From: Octopus vulgaris
Taxonomy: Eukaryota
Assembly: GCA_951406725.2 (NCBI GenBank)
Contig: OX597818.1
Location: 24,366,001-24,430,000 of the forward strand
Length of the DNA stretch: 64,000 nt
Reading direction: 5' to 3'
This document shows, piece by piece, positions 1 through 12,999 of this stretch (position 1 is its first letter; each line of letters begins with the position of its first letter). The position numbers and the translations under genes are program-made. The notes under the pieces are model-generated. The model was not told the DNA's origin and made no database searches. It saw nothing but the letters and a program-made list of their open reading frames with translations.

Positions 1-1175
1 AGTATGTAAGCATGTCCTAGCAAGACCACTGCAGTCCCTCTTTCAGTGCTTCCTTGCAACTGGCAAACTTCCAAGAAAACTGAAGGAGGGTAAAATATGT
101 CCTATTCATAAAGAAGGTAGCAGAGCGGAGGCCAAGAACTATCTCTCTGACCTCGCACATCAGCAAGGTTATGGAATGAATAGTCAGAAGGAAATTAATT
201 GCCTTCCTTGAAGAAAATGACTTGCTGCCTGACAAAAGTATCACAGGTAATACAGAACCCTGAAGACATTATGCACCTGCAATGTGAGCTGGATGAAATA
301 TACAAGTGGGCTGAAAAGAATAGCATGCATTTCAATGCTGAAAAGTTTCAAGCCTTGTGCTTTCAGCATGCAAAACTAAATGCAATACCCATTAAATACA
401 CTGGATCTGGAGAGATTGCAATCCCAGAGGCACTGTCAGTGTGAGACCTGGGCATTTACATGAGTAATGATGCATCCTTCCATGTGCATGTTGCTAAATT
501 GGCAATGAAATGCAGGCGGCTGACTGGATGGATTGTTAGAACTTTTAGAATGAGAAATCAGGAAACCTCTGGAGGACACTTGTCCTAAGCCACTTTGACT
601 ACTGCTCTCAGCTATGGTCACCAACTAGTAACAAATTAATCTTAGAACTTGAGACAATCCCATGAAGCTATGTGAAGAAGATAGCCTCTATGCAGCATAT
701 AAGCTACCGGGAAAGACTCAAGAGATTAAGACTCTATTCCTTAGAGCATAGGCAAGAAAGATATGCTATAATATACATCTGGAAGATCCTGGAAGGACTT
801 GTCCCAAACTTTGGCAATGAGAGTTACACAAATACTAGAACTAGGCACCACTGCATAGTGCCAAGGACTCCTAATTTGCCATCAAGATATAGAAGATACT
901 GCAATAGCCTGGGCTTCAGAGGTTCACAGCTCTTCAATATCCTCCTGAAGGAACTGAGAGACCTGCATGGGGTGGATGTAGGTGTCTTCAAAATAAAGCA
1001 GGACCTCTTACTGCCAAGTGTCTCAGATGAACCAACTTCACAGCAGGAGGTGCAGATGAGGGCAGCAGCATCAAACTCCCTCATGGACCAAATGTCAATT
1101 CCTAAAAAGTATTCGTGAAGTAAAATTATGTAGCAACACCAAATGGCGGTGCCCCAGCATGCCCACAACTCGTGA
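1..1175 (+). mobile_element. Decayed CR1/L2-group LINE, 3' part (RT C-terminus), with frameshifts and stops
   Basis: Fragments VCPIHKEGSRAEAKN, LQCELDEIYKWAEKNSMHFNAEKFQ, DLGIYMS and SYRERLKRLRLYSLEHRQERYAIIYIWKI are typical of the CR1-type RT tail. Confidence 0.85.
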
Positions 1176-1199
1176 GCTGAAACTATATATAAAAAAAAA

Positions 1200-1250
<51 letters not shown>

Positions 1251-1343
1251 TATATATATATATGTACACATATATACATAAATAAAGATAAAATCATTAT
1301 AAAAAGAACAATCTTATCAGTGGCTACTGTGAAACAACCCCAA

Positions 1344-1830
1344 CATGCTAGAAATAGATGTCAAAATGACTCTGAAACCACATAATGCTCTCCTTTAGCA
1401 CTGGTAGAAAGTGAGAGAATGAAAAAAAGAGATTTAGCGAAGTCTTTTTAGAGGTTCATTCTAGATCTAACGATTTCTGGTTTAGCAATGAAAATTACTC
1501 TGCCTTTATCAATAGAATATACCAAAATAGTACATAAATGCAAATATATATACACACCATACATATACATATATTGACACATATATACGAGGCCAATCTA
1601 ATTATTCATCTCATCATGTGCATTTTTGATCAAAATTACATCACAGTGAATATAATGATCAGAGTGAATAAATATAAAATATGTATACATAAATAAGGAA
1701 TCGTTTGATCTAGAATCAACCTCTAAAAAGACTTTGCTAAATGTTTTTTATTCATTCCCTTGCTTTCTACCAGTGCTAAAGGAGTGCCTCGTGTGGTTTT
1801 AGAGTCATTTTGACATCTATTTCTAGCATG
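1344..1830. repeat. Inverted repeat / MITE-like foldback with ~130-bp arms (1344-1476 and 1699-1830)
   Basis: catgctagaaatagatgtcaaaatgactc...tttagcactggtagaaag...tttttagaggtt is matched by its reverse complement at 1699-1830. Confidence 0.75.
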
Positions 1831-2139
1831 GTGGTGCTATTTCTCAGTACTCTAACTTATAATTATATAGATATAATTTTATATATATATATATATGCAC
1901 AACACACAGATATTATATATCAGTACATATATATATATAGAATATATAATCATATCATATACATGATATGGATAGATGGACAAGCAGACATTTGAAGAAA
2001 GATGTTCTTAAAAGTTATCTACTTTTATTTTTTTAATCTTAGAAAAACAAAATGACACAAAAGTTTTGGAATGAAAATTTTATATTGTGTGCTTGGATTG
2101 TTTGATTTCCCCAATACATATGTTAAGGGGTGATCTATA

Positions 2140-3325
2140 TATCAGGTTGAGTAAAAACTAAGCAACGTTATGAACCATGAAGAATTTGTACCAGATTTTT
2201 GCAGAGTTTTGATTTTTTTTTAAACATCTTTTTGCAATTGTCTGGTAATACAGATATAAACTTGCCCAAATGCATCAATAAATTAACATTGATTTTTTTT
2301 TTTCCACCATTGTTACAATAATATGAAATGGAACTGTCAAAGTGCGATATTTGAGCAATTTTGCTATTCACCTTCAAAAAAGGATGTAAAGAAGCTGGAA
2401 CTGCTCACAATATCAACAAAACGTCTTGTGAGGAAATGACCAGTGAGTGGTCAGCTCAAAAATGGCTTAAATGATATTGCAATGGAGACCTGAGCCTTGA
2501 AGATCATGAGCGTAGTGGACACCAATCTGTCATTGATGACAGTCAATTAAAGACTGTCATTGAGAAATATCCAAGTAAAACCACTCAAGAACTGGCAAAA
2601 GAACTTCAAGTTAGCTAGAAAACTGCCTGCAACCATTTGTATGCAATTGGAAAATCAAAAAAGTTTGACAAATGGGTACCAAGGATTTGAATGAAAATCA
2701 GAAAATGTGCAGATTTTGAATTTGCTTGTTACTTTTTCTCCATAACCAGACCGATCCATTTCTCAACCATATTGTAACCTGTGATGAAAAGTGGATTCTG
2801 TACAATAAAAAATGTTCTTTGCAGTACTTGGACCAAAATAAAGCACCGAAAACCTTCCCTAAACCCGAGCTCTTCAAAAAGAAGGTAATGGTGGCTGTTT
2901 GGTGATGTACTGCTGGACTCATCCACTATAACTTCTTAAAACCAGGAAAAACCATTATTGCAGAAACAAAAGAAAAACTGCTACTCCTCCGTCCCAGACT
3001 GGCCAATAAAAAAGGGTCAATCATTCTTCATGACAATGCTCCACCACACATTTCACTAATGATGCTCCAAAAGTTGAGGAACTTGGCTACAAAGTTTTTC
3101 CCCATCCAGCTTATTCCCCACACCTTTCTCCTACCAACTACCACTTTTTCAAGCACCTTGATGGTTTCCTGTGAGAGGAGTTCAAAAATGAAACTGATGC
3201 TGAAAGTACATTCATAGTACACGTCAGCTCAAGAACTCCAGATTTTTATGTTACTGGAATAAACAAAATTGTAACTCAGAAAAAATGTGTTGATCGTAAT
3301 GATACTTTCTTTGATGAATAAAATT
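2140..3325 (+). mobile_element. Decayed mariner (Tc1/mariner) transposon
   Basis: Remnant transposase motifs MELSKCDI*AILLF, KWVP, IVTCDEKWILYN, KKVMVAVW, ILHDNAPPH and HPAYSP..SPTNYHFFKHL. The 5' end begins tatcaggttg; the right TIR was not found. Confidence 0.88.
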
Positions 3326-4504
3326 TCCACAAGTGTGGAGAAGTAGACATAAAAATGATGACGATATAAATGGCTATGTAAATCTGCTTCTTTACCTGCC
3401 CCTACAAACTCTTTGCAAAATTTATCCTGAACTTATACTACAATTATGTCTCTATGTACATTTGTGTGTGTGTGTGTGAGAGAGAGGGAGAGAGAGAGAC
3501 AGACAGAGAGGATTTCATGTATGCGAGAGTGTACATGCATTTGTTAGATATCCGATGATAACATAACTTTTATCATCTTTACTACCACCCCTACCAGAGC
3601 TTGTCAATTTCAATGTTTCTCTTTAACTTATGTTAACTCTCTTTGCATCTCCCTTTTACTCTCTCTCTCTCCCTCCATCTCTGTATACAATGTAAAGTAT
3701 GACTGGAAAAAAAATCAATCAACCAACCAACCAACATTTATATCAGCTGTTATTAGCATTCCTCTAAATGCTGCTCTCTCTGCAACCCTATGAACCCCTT
3801 CAGCTCCTAACACTTGTTCAATTATATCTTAAACTGCTTTGAGAAGATCTCAATGCACATGTGCCTGAAATTATTATTGTTGGTGAGTTTAATACACACA
3901 ACTCCTCTTAACCAAGCTGATAAAGGAGCCTTTACACATTTGCACAACTTGAATTGTGCTTTGATGGAGTTCATCTTACCTCATTACTTTAGCCAACACT
4001 AAAATCTGCAGATATACAGGTGCAGGTTAGACAGTGGAGGAGAGTGTACACATGTATATACCGTTACATAGTTACCCACTGTATTTTGAAGTGTGCAGTA
4101 AGGTAGAAGCAAAACGTCTGAAACAATAGATATATGAGTCATGCACAGTCCTTCAACTATTAGTGTCATATATCTGATCAATCAAAGATTACTAAATCTA
4201 CACAATAAATTGTCTTAATTACTCCTCCTTCCAACACAACTGGCGACTGCTAAATTTTCTGTTGCTCTGAACTAACAGCACCAGTTACAGTATATTCATC
4301 TAAATGTATCTCTGCTCAAGACATTGACATTGTAATTATTCTTGATCCCTTTCCCAACTAAGAGACCTGTAATAGCTCTCTCCCATTCTTCATTTTCTTT
4401 CATTCTCTCACGAAAATGATATCTGAAGTCAATTTTTCCTAATGAAATGTTTTGTTTAAAACATAACAGTACAATATTTAATGAAAACCAATAAACTAAT
4501 AAAA

Positions 4505-4528
4505 TTTTTTTTCTTGTGATATTTTCAG
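4505..4528 (+). promoter_or_regulatory. Likely splice acceptor just upstream of the NKY start codon, implying an upstream non-coding exon
   Basis: Polypyrimidine tract ttttttttcttgtgatattttcag ends at 4528, 18 nt before the ATG. Confidence 0.6.
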
Positions 4529-4546
4529 TTCTTATCAGAATACAAC

Positions 4547-4885
4547 ATGAAGCAGTATTTCAGCAGCCAATTAATAATTTTCATCTTCTGTTGTATTGGA
4601 GTGATACTGTCTGGAGAAATTTGGGAAGGGAATCATGAAAATTCTGACAAGAACTTACTATCATTGATCACCAGAGCTGCAGTAGCAACACGAGACAATG
4701 CACTTATGGCACCACCAAGTGGATATCAAGGTCGAATGCCATCATATTATATACGAACCCAGAGAGGACTCAAAAGAGAACCAAATTGGATATGGATGCC
4801 ATCCCATGGTTATGTTCCTGTCCCAGAGCCTTCCAATGCTAGAAGTTCTGAAAATCGTGGAAGTACCATTCTGAGATATGGTTAA
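4547..4885 (+). CDS. NKY: Neuropeptide precursor, NKY-2 type (112 aa); predicted mature peptide EPNWIWMPSHGYVPVPEPSNARSSENRGSTILRY-amide (4778-4879)
   Basis: Hydrophobic signal peptide (aa ~1-23), KR dibasic site at aa 76-77 and terminal Y-G-stop amidation donor. The WIWMPxxGYVxVP...RYG motif matches lophotrochozoan NKY-2 peptides as I recall them (Platynereis NKY-2 type). The ORF is intact and non-repetitive. Confidence 0.88.
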   Translation: MKQYFSSQLIIFIFCCIGVILSGEIWEGNHENSDKNLLSLITRAAVATRDNALMAPPSGYQGRMPSYYIRTQRGLKREPNWIWMPSHGYVPVPEPSNARSSENRGSTILRYG

Positions 4886-4996
4886 ATATGAAATCATCTT
4901 GGAATAACACGAATCTTTAAGTAACTGCTAACAATGGATAACTCTGTATTTCTCTTGTTTCTTACAATGACACATACTTTTTGGATTTAACATAGA

Positions 4997-5002
4997 AATA
5001 AA
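4997..5002 (+). terminator. Candidate polyadenylation signal of the NKY gene
   Basis: First AATAAA, ~110 nt after the stop codon, followed by a T/GT-rich stretch. Confidence 0.5.
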
Positions 5003-5421
5003 TTTACAATATCTTTAAAGCAATTTGTTTGATTCTTATTATGGGTGTATAGTGATTATTAAATGTAACAGAAAAAAATTTTAAGCAAATACACATGGTA
5101 ATAAAACTTATTTCTAACAACAAAAGCTGGAAAATATGATTACATCAAAGATAGTATAATAAAACTTCATAGAGAAAGTAACAATTTTGTATTTTTGTCC
5201 AATGTAAGAATCCTTCTTGATGTAAATATGTTACATGTATATATATGTCCACTCTGCTGAATGATTGGTGTTAGGAAGGGCATCCAGCTGTAAAAACCCT
5301 GCCAAAACAGTCAAAGAAGTCTGGTGCAGGTTTTGGCCCAGCCAGCTCTTGTGATACCATCCCACCCATGCTAGCATGGAACATGGACATTAACTAATGA
5401 TGATGATGATGATGATATATA

Positions 5422-5562
5422 TTAGGTTGTCCCAAAAGTTCGTAAACACTTATGAAAATCAAATTTTTACTTGCCAAGTACTAACAAAAACAACAAAAAT
5501 TATTCCTCAAAATAAAGACCATTATTTTCCAAGACTTTCTACGAACATTTGGGACAACCTTA
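5422..5562. mobile_element. ~140-bp mariner-derived MITE
   Basis: TIRs aggttgtcccaaaagttcgta and tacgaacatttgggacaacct with TA-rich flanks. Confidence 0.7.
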
Positions 5563-6096
5563 TAATTAGATAAAGATGGTTATGGGTGGTCTATGGGGTT
5601 ACCCTGGATGTCATGTCCATAAAGCGCTTAGCTTTACAGCATCTTTTTAGACCCTAATGGCCAGTGGCCTATGACCCATAGACCAACTATAACTATCTTT
5701 ATCTAATTACTCTACTGCTCTATAACTTAGAGTGTGCTTCTCTTTTTGGGTTTGTGATTTACTGACAATATATATGAACAAGAACTTTGTTGAATGACTT
5801 TCATGTGGTGTAGTTAGAAAGATACTTTAGAGGTTACTGGAAAAGTAACTGAACTTATGAAACAATAAATAACCTCTAAATTAGGTGCCTTAATCAAGTA
5901 TCTAACTTAGAATTTATCAGGCTTTAGTACATAAGACTGCAAAGTGTCTGGATAAAAGCATGCATAGAATTTTAAAACAAAAGACTTTTCTCACAAAATA
6001 ATGGAAACTGAGTTCAGTTACTTTTCAAATAATCTCTAAAGTATATTTCTAACTACACCATATGGAAGTCATTCAACAGCTGCAAACTTCTTGTTC

Positions 6097-6332
<236 letters not shown>

Positions 6333-7009
6333 CATCATCATCAATAAATCACAGATTCAAAGGAGAAGCACACTCTAAGTTCATATGATGTAAAATAAGT
6401 ATGATTCATTCTTTGTACAAATTGAATTTCAAGACTAAAGTTTATTTTGAGAATGGCTAAGAATTATACAGAGCATCAGATATTTTGTTCAAAGACAAAA
6501 TTCACAGAATGAGGTAGAAACTGATGACAAAATATCTGTAGTGGCAGAAACTTAATTATTTTGAAATCTGACAAAAACTGAGGTAAAATGTAAGGGTAGC
6601 TGAAATTAATAGAAATAGACATTAAGAGAATTGATGAGGAAATTTAGTCTTGTTAAAGACATAGTATCTCAACAAAAGTGTCTATGAAAGAAGAAACAAA
6701 GACAATATGTAATAGTATTTAAGTAAAGTAAATAGTATATAATATGAGAGTAAAGTTGAGAAAGTCTAATTTCTCTTGAATTAAAGATGAGTAAAAGTTA
6801 AAGTTAACTCATTTGATATTTAAAATTTGAAATCAAGGGATAATTTATATTTTAATTATAAGATATATCTTAGATTTCATCCAATGTACTTTATTTGTTA
6901 TATTTGAAACAATTTTTCATTTGTTTTTCTAACCAACACAGAAACCAGCAATTGATAGATAGTAAGAAGAAGCTAAAGACATGGAAAGTAGTTTTTATTA
7001 AGTATTTGG

Positions 7010-7210
7010 CTAAGGCGGTGAGCTGGCAGAATCATTAGCATGCTGGGCAAAATACTTAGTGACATTTTGCCCCTCTTACATTCTGAGCCATTTTGCTCCT
7101 CTTACATTTCGAGGTTGATAAAATAAATACCAGTTAAACACTGGGGTTGATGTAATCAACTCATCCCCTCCTCCAAAATTGTTGCCCTTGTGGCAAAATT
7201 GGAAACCATT
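7010..7210 (+). mobile_element. tRNA-derived SINE; a related copy lies on - at ~54200-54431
   Basis: Head aaggcggtgagctggcagaatc.ttagca is shared with the 54200-54431 copy (ggcggcgagctggcagaatcggtagca...gagttcaaattcc). Confidence 0.7.
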
Positions 7211-7273
7211 ATTAAGTATCAGGCTATCAAAGTGATTTATTAAATATTAGGCTTATCTGAGTGGTTTACAATC

Positions 7274-7620
7274 GGAAATAACTATAAAGCATCTTTAGAG
7301 AGTTATAGCCAAAAAATAGCAAAAAAATGGAAAAAAATGATGGTAAATTTTTTTTTGAGAGTAAAAAAGGTTGAGTTGCGTCCCCTAGACAGTCTGTGGT
7401 TTGTTTTTTTTTATTCTCGACCCCATGTCGAATTTATCGATTTTTTTCAGAACTGGGGGAACTTTTCAAAATTTTCGCTGCGTTAGTTTTGAATTATGAC
7501 ATTGGGCTATGCGTGTGTCAAGTTTCATCAGAATCGGTTGAAAGCCGTGGTCAGGGTGAGGGTACGAGAAAACAGACACACAGAAACACGCACAGACAAA
7601 CTGCCGTTTATATATAGAGA
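7274..7620 (-). mobile_element. Non-autonomous Helitron lacking its 3' hairpin/CTAG, flanked by a 27-bp direct repeat
   Basis: Minus-strand 5' end a|TCTCTATATATAAAC. The 3' part matches 58590-58668 of the complete Helitron. ttaggcttatctgagtggtttacaatc occurs at 7247-7273 and 7621-7647. Confidence 0.7.
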
Positions 7621-8574
7621 TTAGGCTTATCTGAGTGGTTTACAATCAAAAATATTTTAGCTACAACCATCCTGTATTTCCTTGTATACATGAAATATCC
7701 AATGTGTCCAATTTTTAAGATGATATGGTGTGATTTGAGGAAGACTTGATAGCTATTTTTAAGAGGTCAGTGACACTAGAGAAACTATCTTGTTTGCTAG
7801 GATTAATCAGGTAGTACAAGAAGGAGCTACTTCCAATGACTGGTATAACAGCATCAATGGTAATTACCACAAAGGCAATGGAAAGGAACCAGAGAGAAGG
7901 AAATTTCACAAGTGTTAAACTCAAGGACTGAATCATGAAAGTAACAAAAAGAGCTTCAGCAAAGTTAATTCCGGATGGGAATAACAAAGGCAAGATATTG
8001 TTTGGGCTTATTCAAAGACACAGAATCATAAATAGCATGTTTTTATGTGATGCAACAGCAAGAGAGAATTTCATCCCAGAAGAAGCTACTCTATTATGTA
8101 TTCTTAATTTGAAAAAGTATTTCAAAAGTCACCCTCAGTCTAAGTGTTAAAGAAACTAGTGATAGATAAATGGTTTGAAAAAAATTTAGGATGCAGTTAG
8201 ATTTCAGTTGGTAGTGACTTCAGTAAGGAATTCAGTGTACAGACACATCTACTGAAGTACTTAGGACTATAATACTAGAATTTAGGATTGGTTATATTTG
8301 GGCCCTTTATATACTAAGCTAGGATTTTTATATGTTAACCTTGTTCTTATAGCAGCTTCTGTGGTAGAGTTGCAGAAGAACATACATGCATGCATAAATA
8401 AATGCACACACATAAAACAAGCAAAATAATGGAGAGGTTGGTGTGGATACCTGGATCCCCTTTCGTTTGCTATATACATAAACAAGGCATATATAAAACA
8501 TATGTTCGACTAAAGGCGGTGCTCCAGCATGGCTGTGGTCAAATGATTGAAACAAGTAAAAGAATGAAATATAT

Positions 8575-10890
8575 ATCATCATCATCAGTTTAACATCCGC
8601 TTTCCATGCTGGATTGGGTTGGACGGTTTAACTGAGGTCTGGCAAGCCAGAAGGCTGCACCAGGCTCTAATCTGATCTAGCAATGTTTCTACAGCTGGAT
8701 GCCTTTCCAAATGCCATCCACTCTGAGAGTGTAGTGGGTGCTTTTTATGTGCTACTGGCACAGGGACCAGTCAGGAATACTGGCATCGACCAAAGTCGAA
8801 TCGTGCTTTTTACGTGCCACCAGTATGGAAGCCAATCGGGTGGCACTGGCATCAACCACGCTTGAATGGTACTTTTTATGTGCTACCCACACAGGAACAG
8901 TCAGGCGACACCAGCATTGACCACACTCATATGGTGCTTTTTACATGCCACTGGCATGGGAGTCAGTCTGGTGGGACTGGCATCAAACACGCATGAATGG
9001 TGCTTTTTACATGCCAGTCAGGCAATACTGGCATTAGCCATGACAATAATTTCACTTGACTCAACAGGTCTTCAACGATTGAAGGGTACACTTAAATGGG
9101 CCAGTTATGCGATACTGGCATAGGCCATGGCTACATCTCACTTGGCTAGCTGGGTCTTCTCAAGCACAGCATATCTCCAAAGGTCTTGGTTGCTTATCAT
9201 TGCCTCCATGAGGCCCAACTTTCAAAGGTCATTCTTCCCCACCTCATCCTATGTATTCCTGGGTCTACCTCTTCCACAGGTTCCCTCCACTATTAGGATG
9301 CAACACTTTTTCACACAGCTGTCCTCATCCATACACAACACATGACCATAACAGCACAGTTGTCTCTCTTGTACACCACATCTGATGCTTCTTATGTCCA
9401 ACTTTTCTATCAGGGCGCTTACACTCTGTCATGTATGCACACTGACATTACACATCCAGCAGAGCATACTAGCATCATTTCTTGCTTACACATGTCTTCA
9501 GCAGTCACAGCCCATGTTTCACTGCTGTGTAGCATGGCTGTTCACACACATGCATCATAAATCTACCTTTCACTCTGAGCGAGAGGCCTTTTGTTACCAG
9601 CAGATGTAGGAGCTCTGAACTTTGCTTAGGATATTCTTATTCTAGCAGCTACGCTCTCAGAACATCCACCCCAGCTACTGACTCGGTAACCTAGGTAACA
9701 GAAGCTATTAACTACTTCTATTTTTTCCTGCTACAATGTGACAGAAGCTGTTTTCTGCACATTTTCAGGGTTTATTGCCCCTGTGCATCATCTACACACA
9801 AAAATTATTTTCCCAGTTAGCTTCCCTTTGATATTGCTGCACCTCTTATGTGTCCTTAGCTTACACTGGATACATCTTAAGGAGTGTCTACCTATCCTTT
9901 TCTACAGATTGAACAGGGCCATCTACCTGAAGGGATCTGGGATTTGCCTGCCTTCCTACTTATTAAGACTTTGGTTTTAGCTAAGTTGACTCTAAGGCCC
10001 TTCAATTCTAATCCTTGCTTCCACACCTGAAACTTCTCCTCTAGTTCTGGTAGCGATTCAGCTATTAGAACAAAGTAATCAGCATAGAGGAGCTCCCAGG
10101 TGCATCCTGTCTTGAATTCCTCTGTTATTTATTGATGAATAAGAGGGGGCTGAGGACTGATCTTTGGTGGACCCCTACCCCAACCTGGAATTCTTCACTA
10201 TACTTGTTGCCAACCTTCAACTTACTGACAGCATCCCTGTACATGGCTTGTACAGCTCTCAATAACCACTCATCTATCCCTAGTTTCCACATTGACCACC
10301 AGATAAGGGATCGGTGTCAATGAAAGCCAAGTACAGAGGTTTGTCTTTGGCTAGGTATTTCTCCTACAGCTGTCTTATCAGAAATATAACATCAATAGTA
10401 CTTTTCCCTGGCACTAACCCAAACTACATCTTGTCTAAACTAACTCTCCCCCTAATTAGTTGGGCTATGACCCTATCTGTGACTTTCATCACCTGATCCA
10501 ACAATTTAATACTTCTGTAATTATTTGTATTTAATGCGTCGCCTTTACCTTTGTAGCAGTTGACTATGGTGCTGCTACACCAGTCATTGGGTATGACTCC
10601 TTCATGTATCACCTGACTGACTATATGGGTGACTAGACTATAGCCTACACCACCAGATATTTGAAGCATCTCTGGGGTGATTCCTGATGGGCAGGGGGCT
10701 TTCCTTGTCTTCTTACCCTTAATTGCTTTATCAATCAAGGTACTGTCAATTCAGATAGCTGGTCCCTCTGTTGGGTTGACCTTTGGCCAAACTCTCTTTC
10801 TCCCATTCATTCTCTTCATTTAGCAACCTTTCATAGTGGCATCTCCAAGTCTCTCTCTTTGCAGCCTGCTCCATACATGGGTTCACATTT
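8575..10890 (-). mobile_element. Decayed RTE-clade LINE (RT plus 3' UTR with short tandem repeats)
   Basis: KAPCPSGITPEML, IPNDWCSSTIVNCYKGKGDAL..NYRSIKLLDQVMK; same family as 47399-49619; (ATG)n tail. Confidence 0.92.
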
Positions 10891-11599
10891 GATGATGTCA
10901 AATCTATCCTTAGATATGGTAACAATACCAGAAATGTTGAAAAACAGATATCTAAGTTTGTGGAAAATCTTAATGTGATAGAGCAAAATGGATTTCATTT
11001 TTGAAATCAGCACCCCAGAATTAGTAGGAAACATGTCTCCAACATCAGACAACAGATCCCTGTTACCCAGTGTAATTTATATAATGTATATAATTTATAT
11101 AAATTACATATATATTATTTTTATAACAAACACATAATTATCACTGCCATCATTGGCTGGATGTCCACTTTTACAAGCTTGCATGAGCCAAACAAAACCT
11201 ATTGAAGCAGATATTTTTTGGAAAGTGGTGATAGAAAGACTAAGAAGTGAGTTAATATTTTCCCTAGCTTTGGATAATGAATTTGATGGCCAGACATGCT
11301 TTTGTGGAGGAGTGTAAACATTTGTGTATGTGTGTACATTGTTTAATGTACACTGTATAAAGATAGGAGCTACTAATAATTTGTTACAATGAAAACATGA
11401 GGCTAGACAGGTTTTTATAATGTACTTTGTGTCTCCAAGCAATTCTCAGGCTCTGAGCACAGTTTTATCTGAAAACCAGGACACTTGTACATTAAAAATC
11501 ACAAGAAAAAATGAAAAAAAAAGGAGGTTGCAGCCCCCTACTATAACAATACTCTAGCTAACAGAAGTTTCAAAGATAAGATATATTACAAAACTTCAA

Positions 11600-12235
11600 G
11601 TAAAAATATGAAGCTTAAAAATAGACCCCCATCGCCACTCTAAATGCTAATAAAGACAAGAAATTCTTGTCTCTTTTAGACAAGCATTCCCTAGTAAACC
11701 ATAAATACAGGAAGATTTTTTTAATAGATGCACAATAAAAATGTCATATAGCTGCTTTCTCAATATGGGGAACATCGTCACTCATAAGCATCATTAAGAG
11801 TGTAATCCTAGTTGTAACTGCCTAGACCTTGAAGCTTACCCATTTGATCAGGCATGTATGATAAACTCTGTCATCTATGAGGCAGAAGTCACAGTAATGC
11901 TTCAAGATAACGTAACTGAAAAGAAAAATTAGATCAGTTTATGCAAAGGCAATTTCAAAAGACACAAGTCTTCCTTCCAGCACATTGACAAAAATAAAGC
12001 CACTAAGTTGGTTAGCCACATATGGGGTTTGAAGACCAACAACACACCACTTATAGAGAATTGTAATGAAATCCATGCCATATGTAAATGGGTCTAAGAA
12101 ATGTAACTTATGCATAACTGAAATATTGCACATTCTTTTTCAATCCAAGAATTCCACCACACTATTCCAAACCCAAAATGTTCAGCAAATGCAAGCATAT
12201 GGACAAATTTCTTTTGGCACACTGGAAGACACCAC
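11600..12235 (+). mobile_element. Decayed Penelope-like element, GIY-YIG region
   Basis: IKMSYSC, SCNCLD...C..NSVIYEAEV and PYVNGSKKCNLCITE; homologous to 55525-56436. Confidence 0.75.
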
Positions 12236-12299
12236 CCTCTCACTGAATGGAGTACTTTTTTGTTGATCTTACCTTAACAGAACAGTGAACTATATATCT

Positions 12300-12690
12300 T
12301 TTATCTTTTTATCTTTCATTTGTTTTAGACATTTGACTGTGGCCATGCTGGAGCAGTGCCTTAAAGGGATTTAGTAGAACAATCAACCCTAGAACTTATT
12401 TTTTAAAATCTAGGGCTCATTCTATCAACCTCTTTTGCCAAACCGCTAAGTTACGGAGACATAAACATACCAACAACAGTTGTTGGGAACAAACACAGAC
12501 ATAAAGAGACACACACACACATATATATGACATGCTTCTTTCAGTTTCTGTCTACCAAATTCACTCACAAGGTTTTGGTTGGCCTGAGGCTGTAGTAGAA
12601 GACACTTGCCCAAGGTGCCATGCAGTGCGACTGAACCCTGAACCATGTGGTTGGGAAGCAAGCTTCTTACCACAAAGTCATACCTGTACC
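12300..12690 (-). mobile_element. tRNA-derived SINE with internal (CA)n; family copies at 33532-33950 (+), 59335-59737 (-), 61480-61765 (-), with partial copies near 38985 and 41841
   Basis: Shared head tggctgtgtggtaag..cttgcttccc/accaaccacatggttc..ggttcagt and shared tail ctccagcatggccacagtcaaatgactgaaacaagt. Confidence 0.85.
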
Positions 12691-12706
12691 TACATATATA
12701 TGTATA

Positions 12707-12746
<40 letters not shown>

Positions 12747-12999
12747 AATACACATACACACACATAACAAAACAGGCAGGAGGAAATTTTTTGGTATTAG
12801 CTATTTGCCATTACATGTGTTTCATTTGCTAATGGAAATTACAAAGATTTACATATTAGACAGACGTGTAAAGAATTTCCTATTAGAAATTCATTAGATA
12901 GAAAAATTTTTAATACTTAAATTACATTTGGATGAAGCGTTTATATTTGGATATTAACTAGGAGCATCACAAATAGTCCCAGTAAAGGAAAGAGGATAA

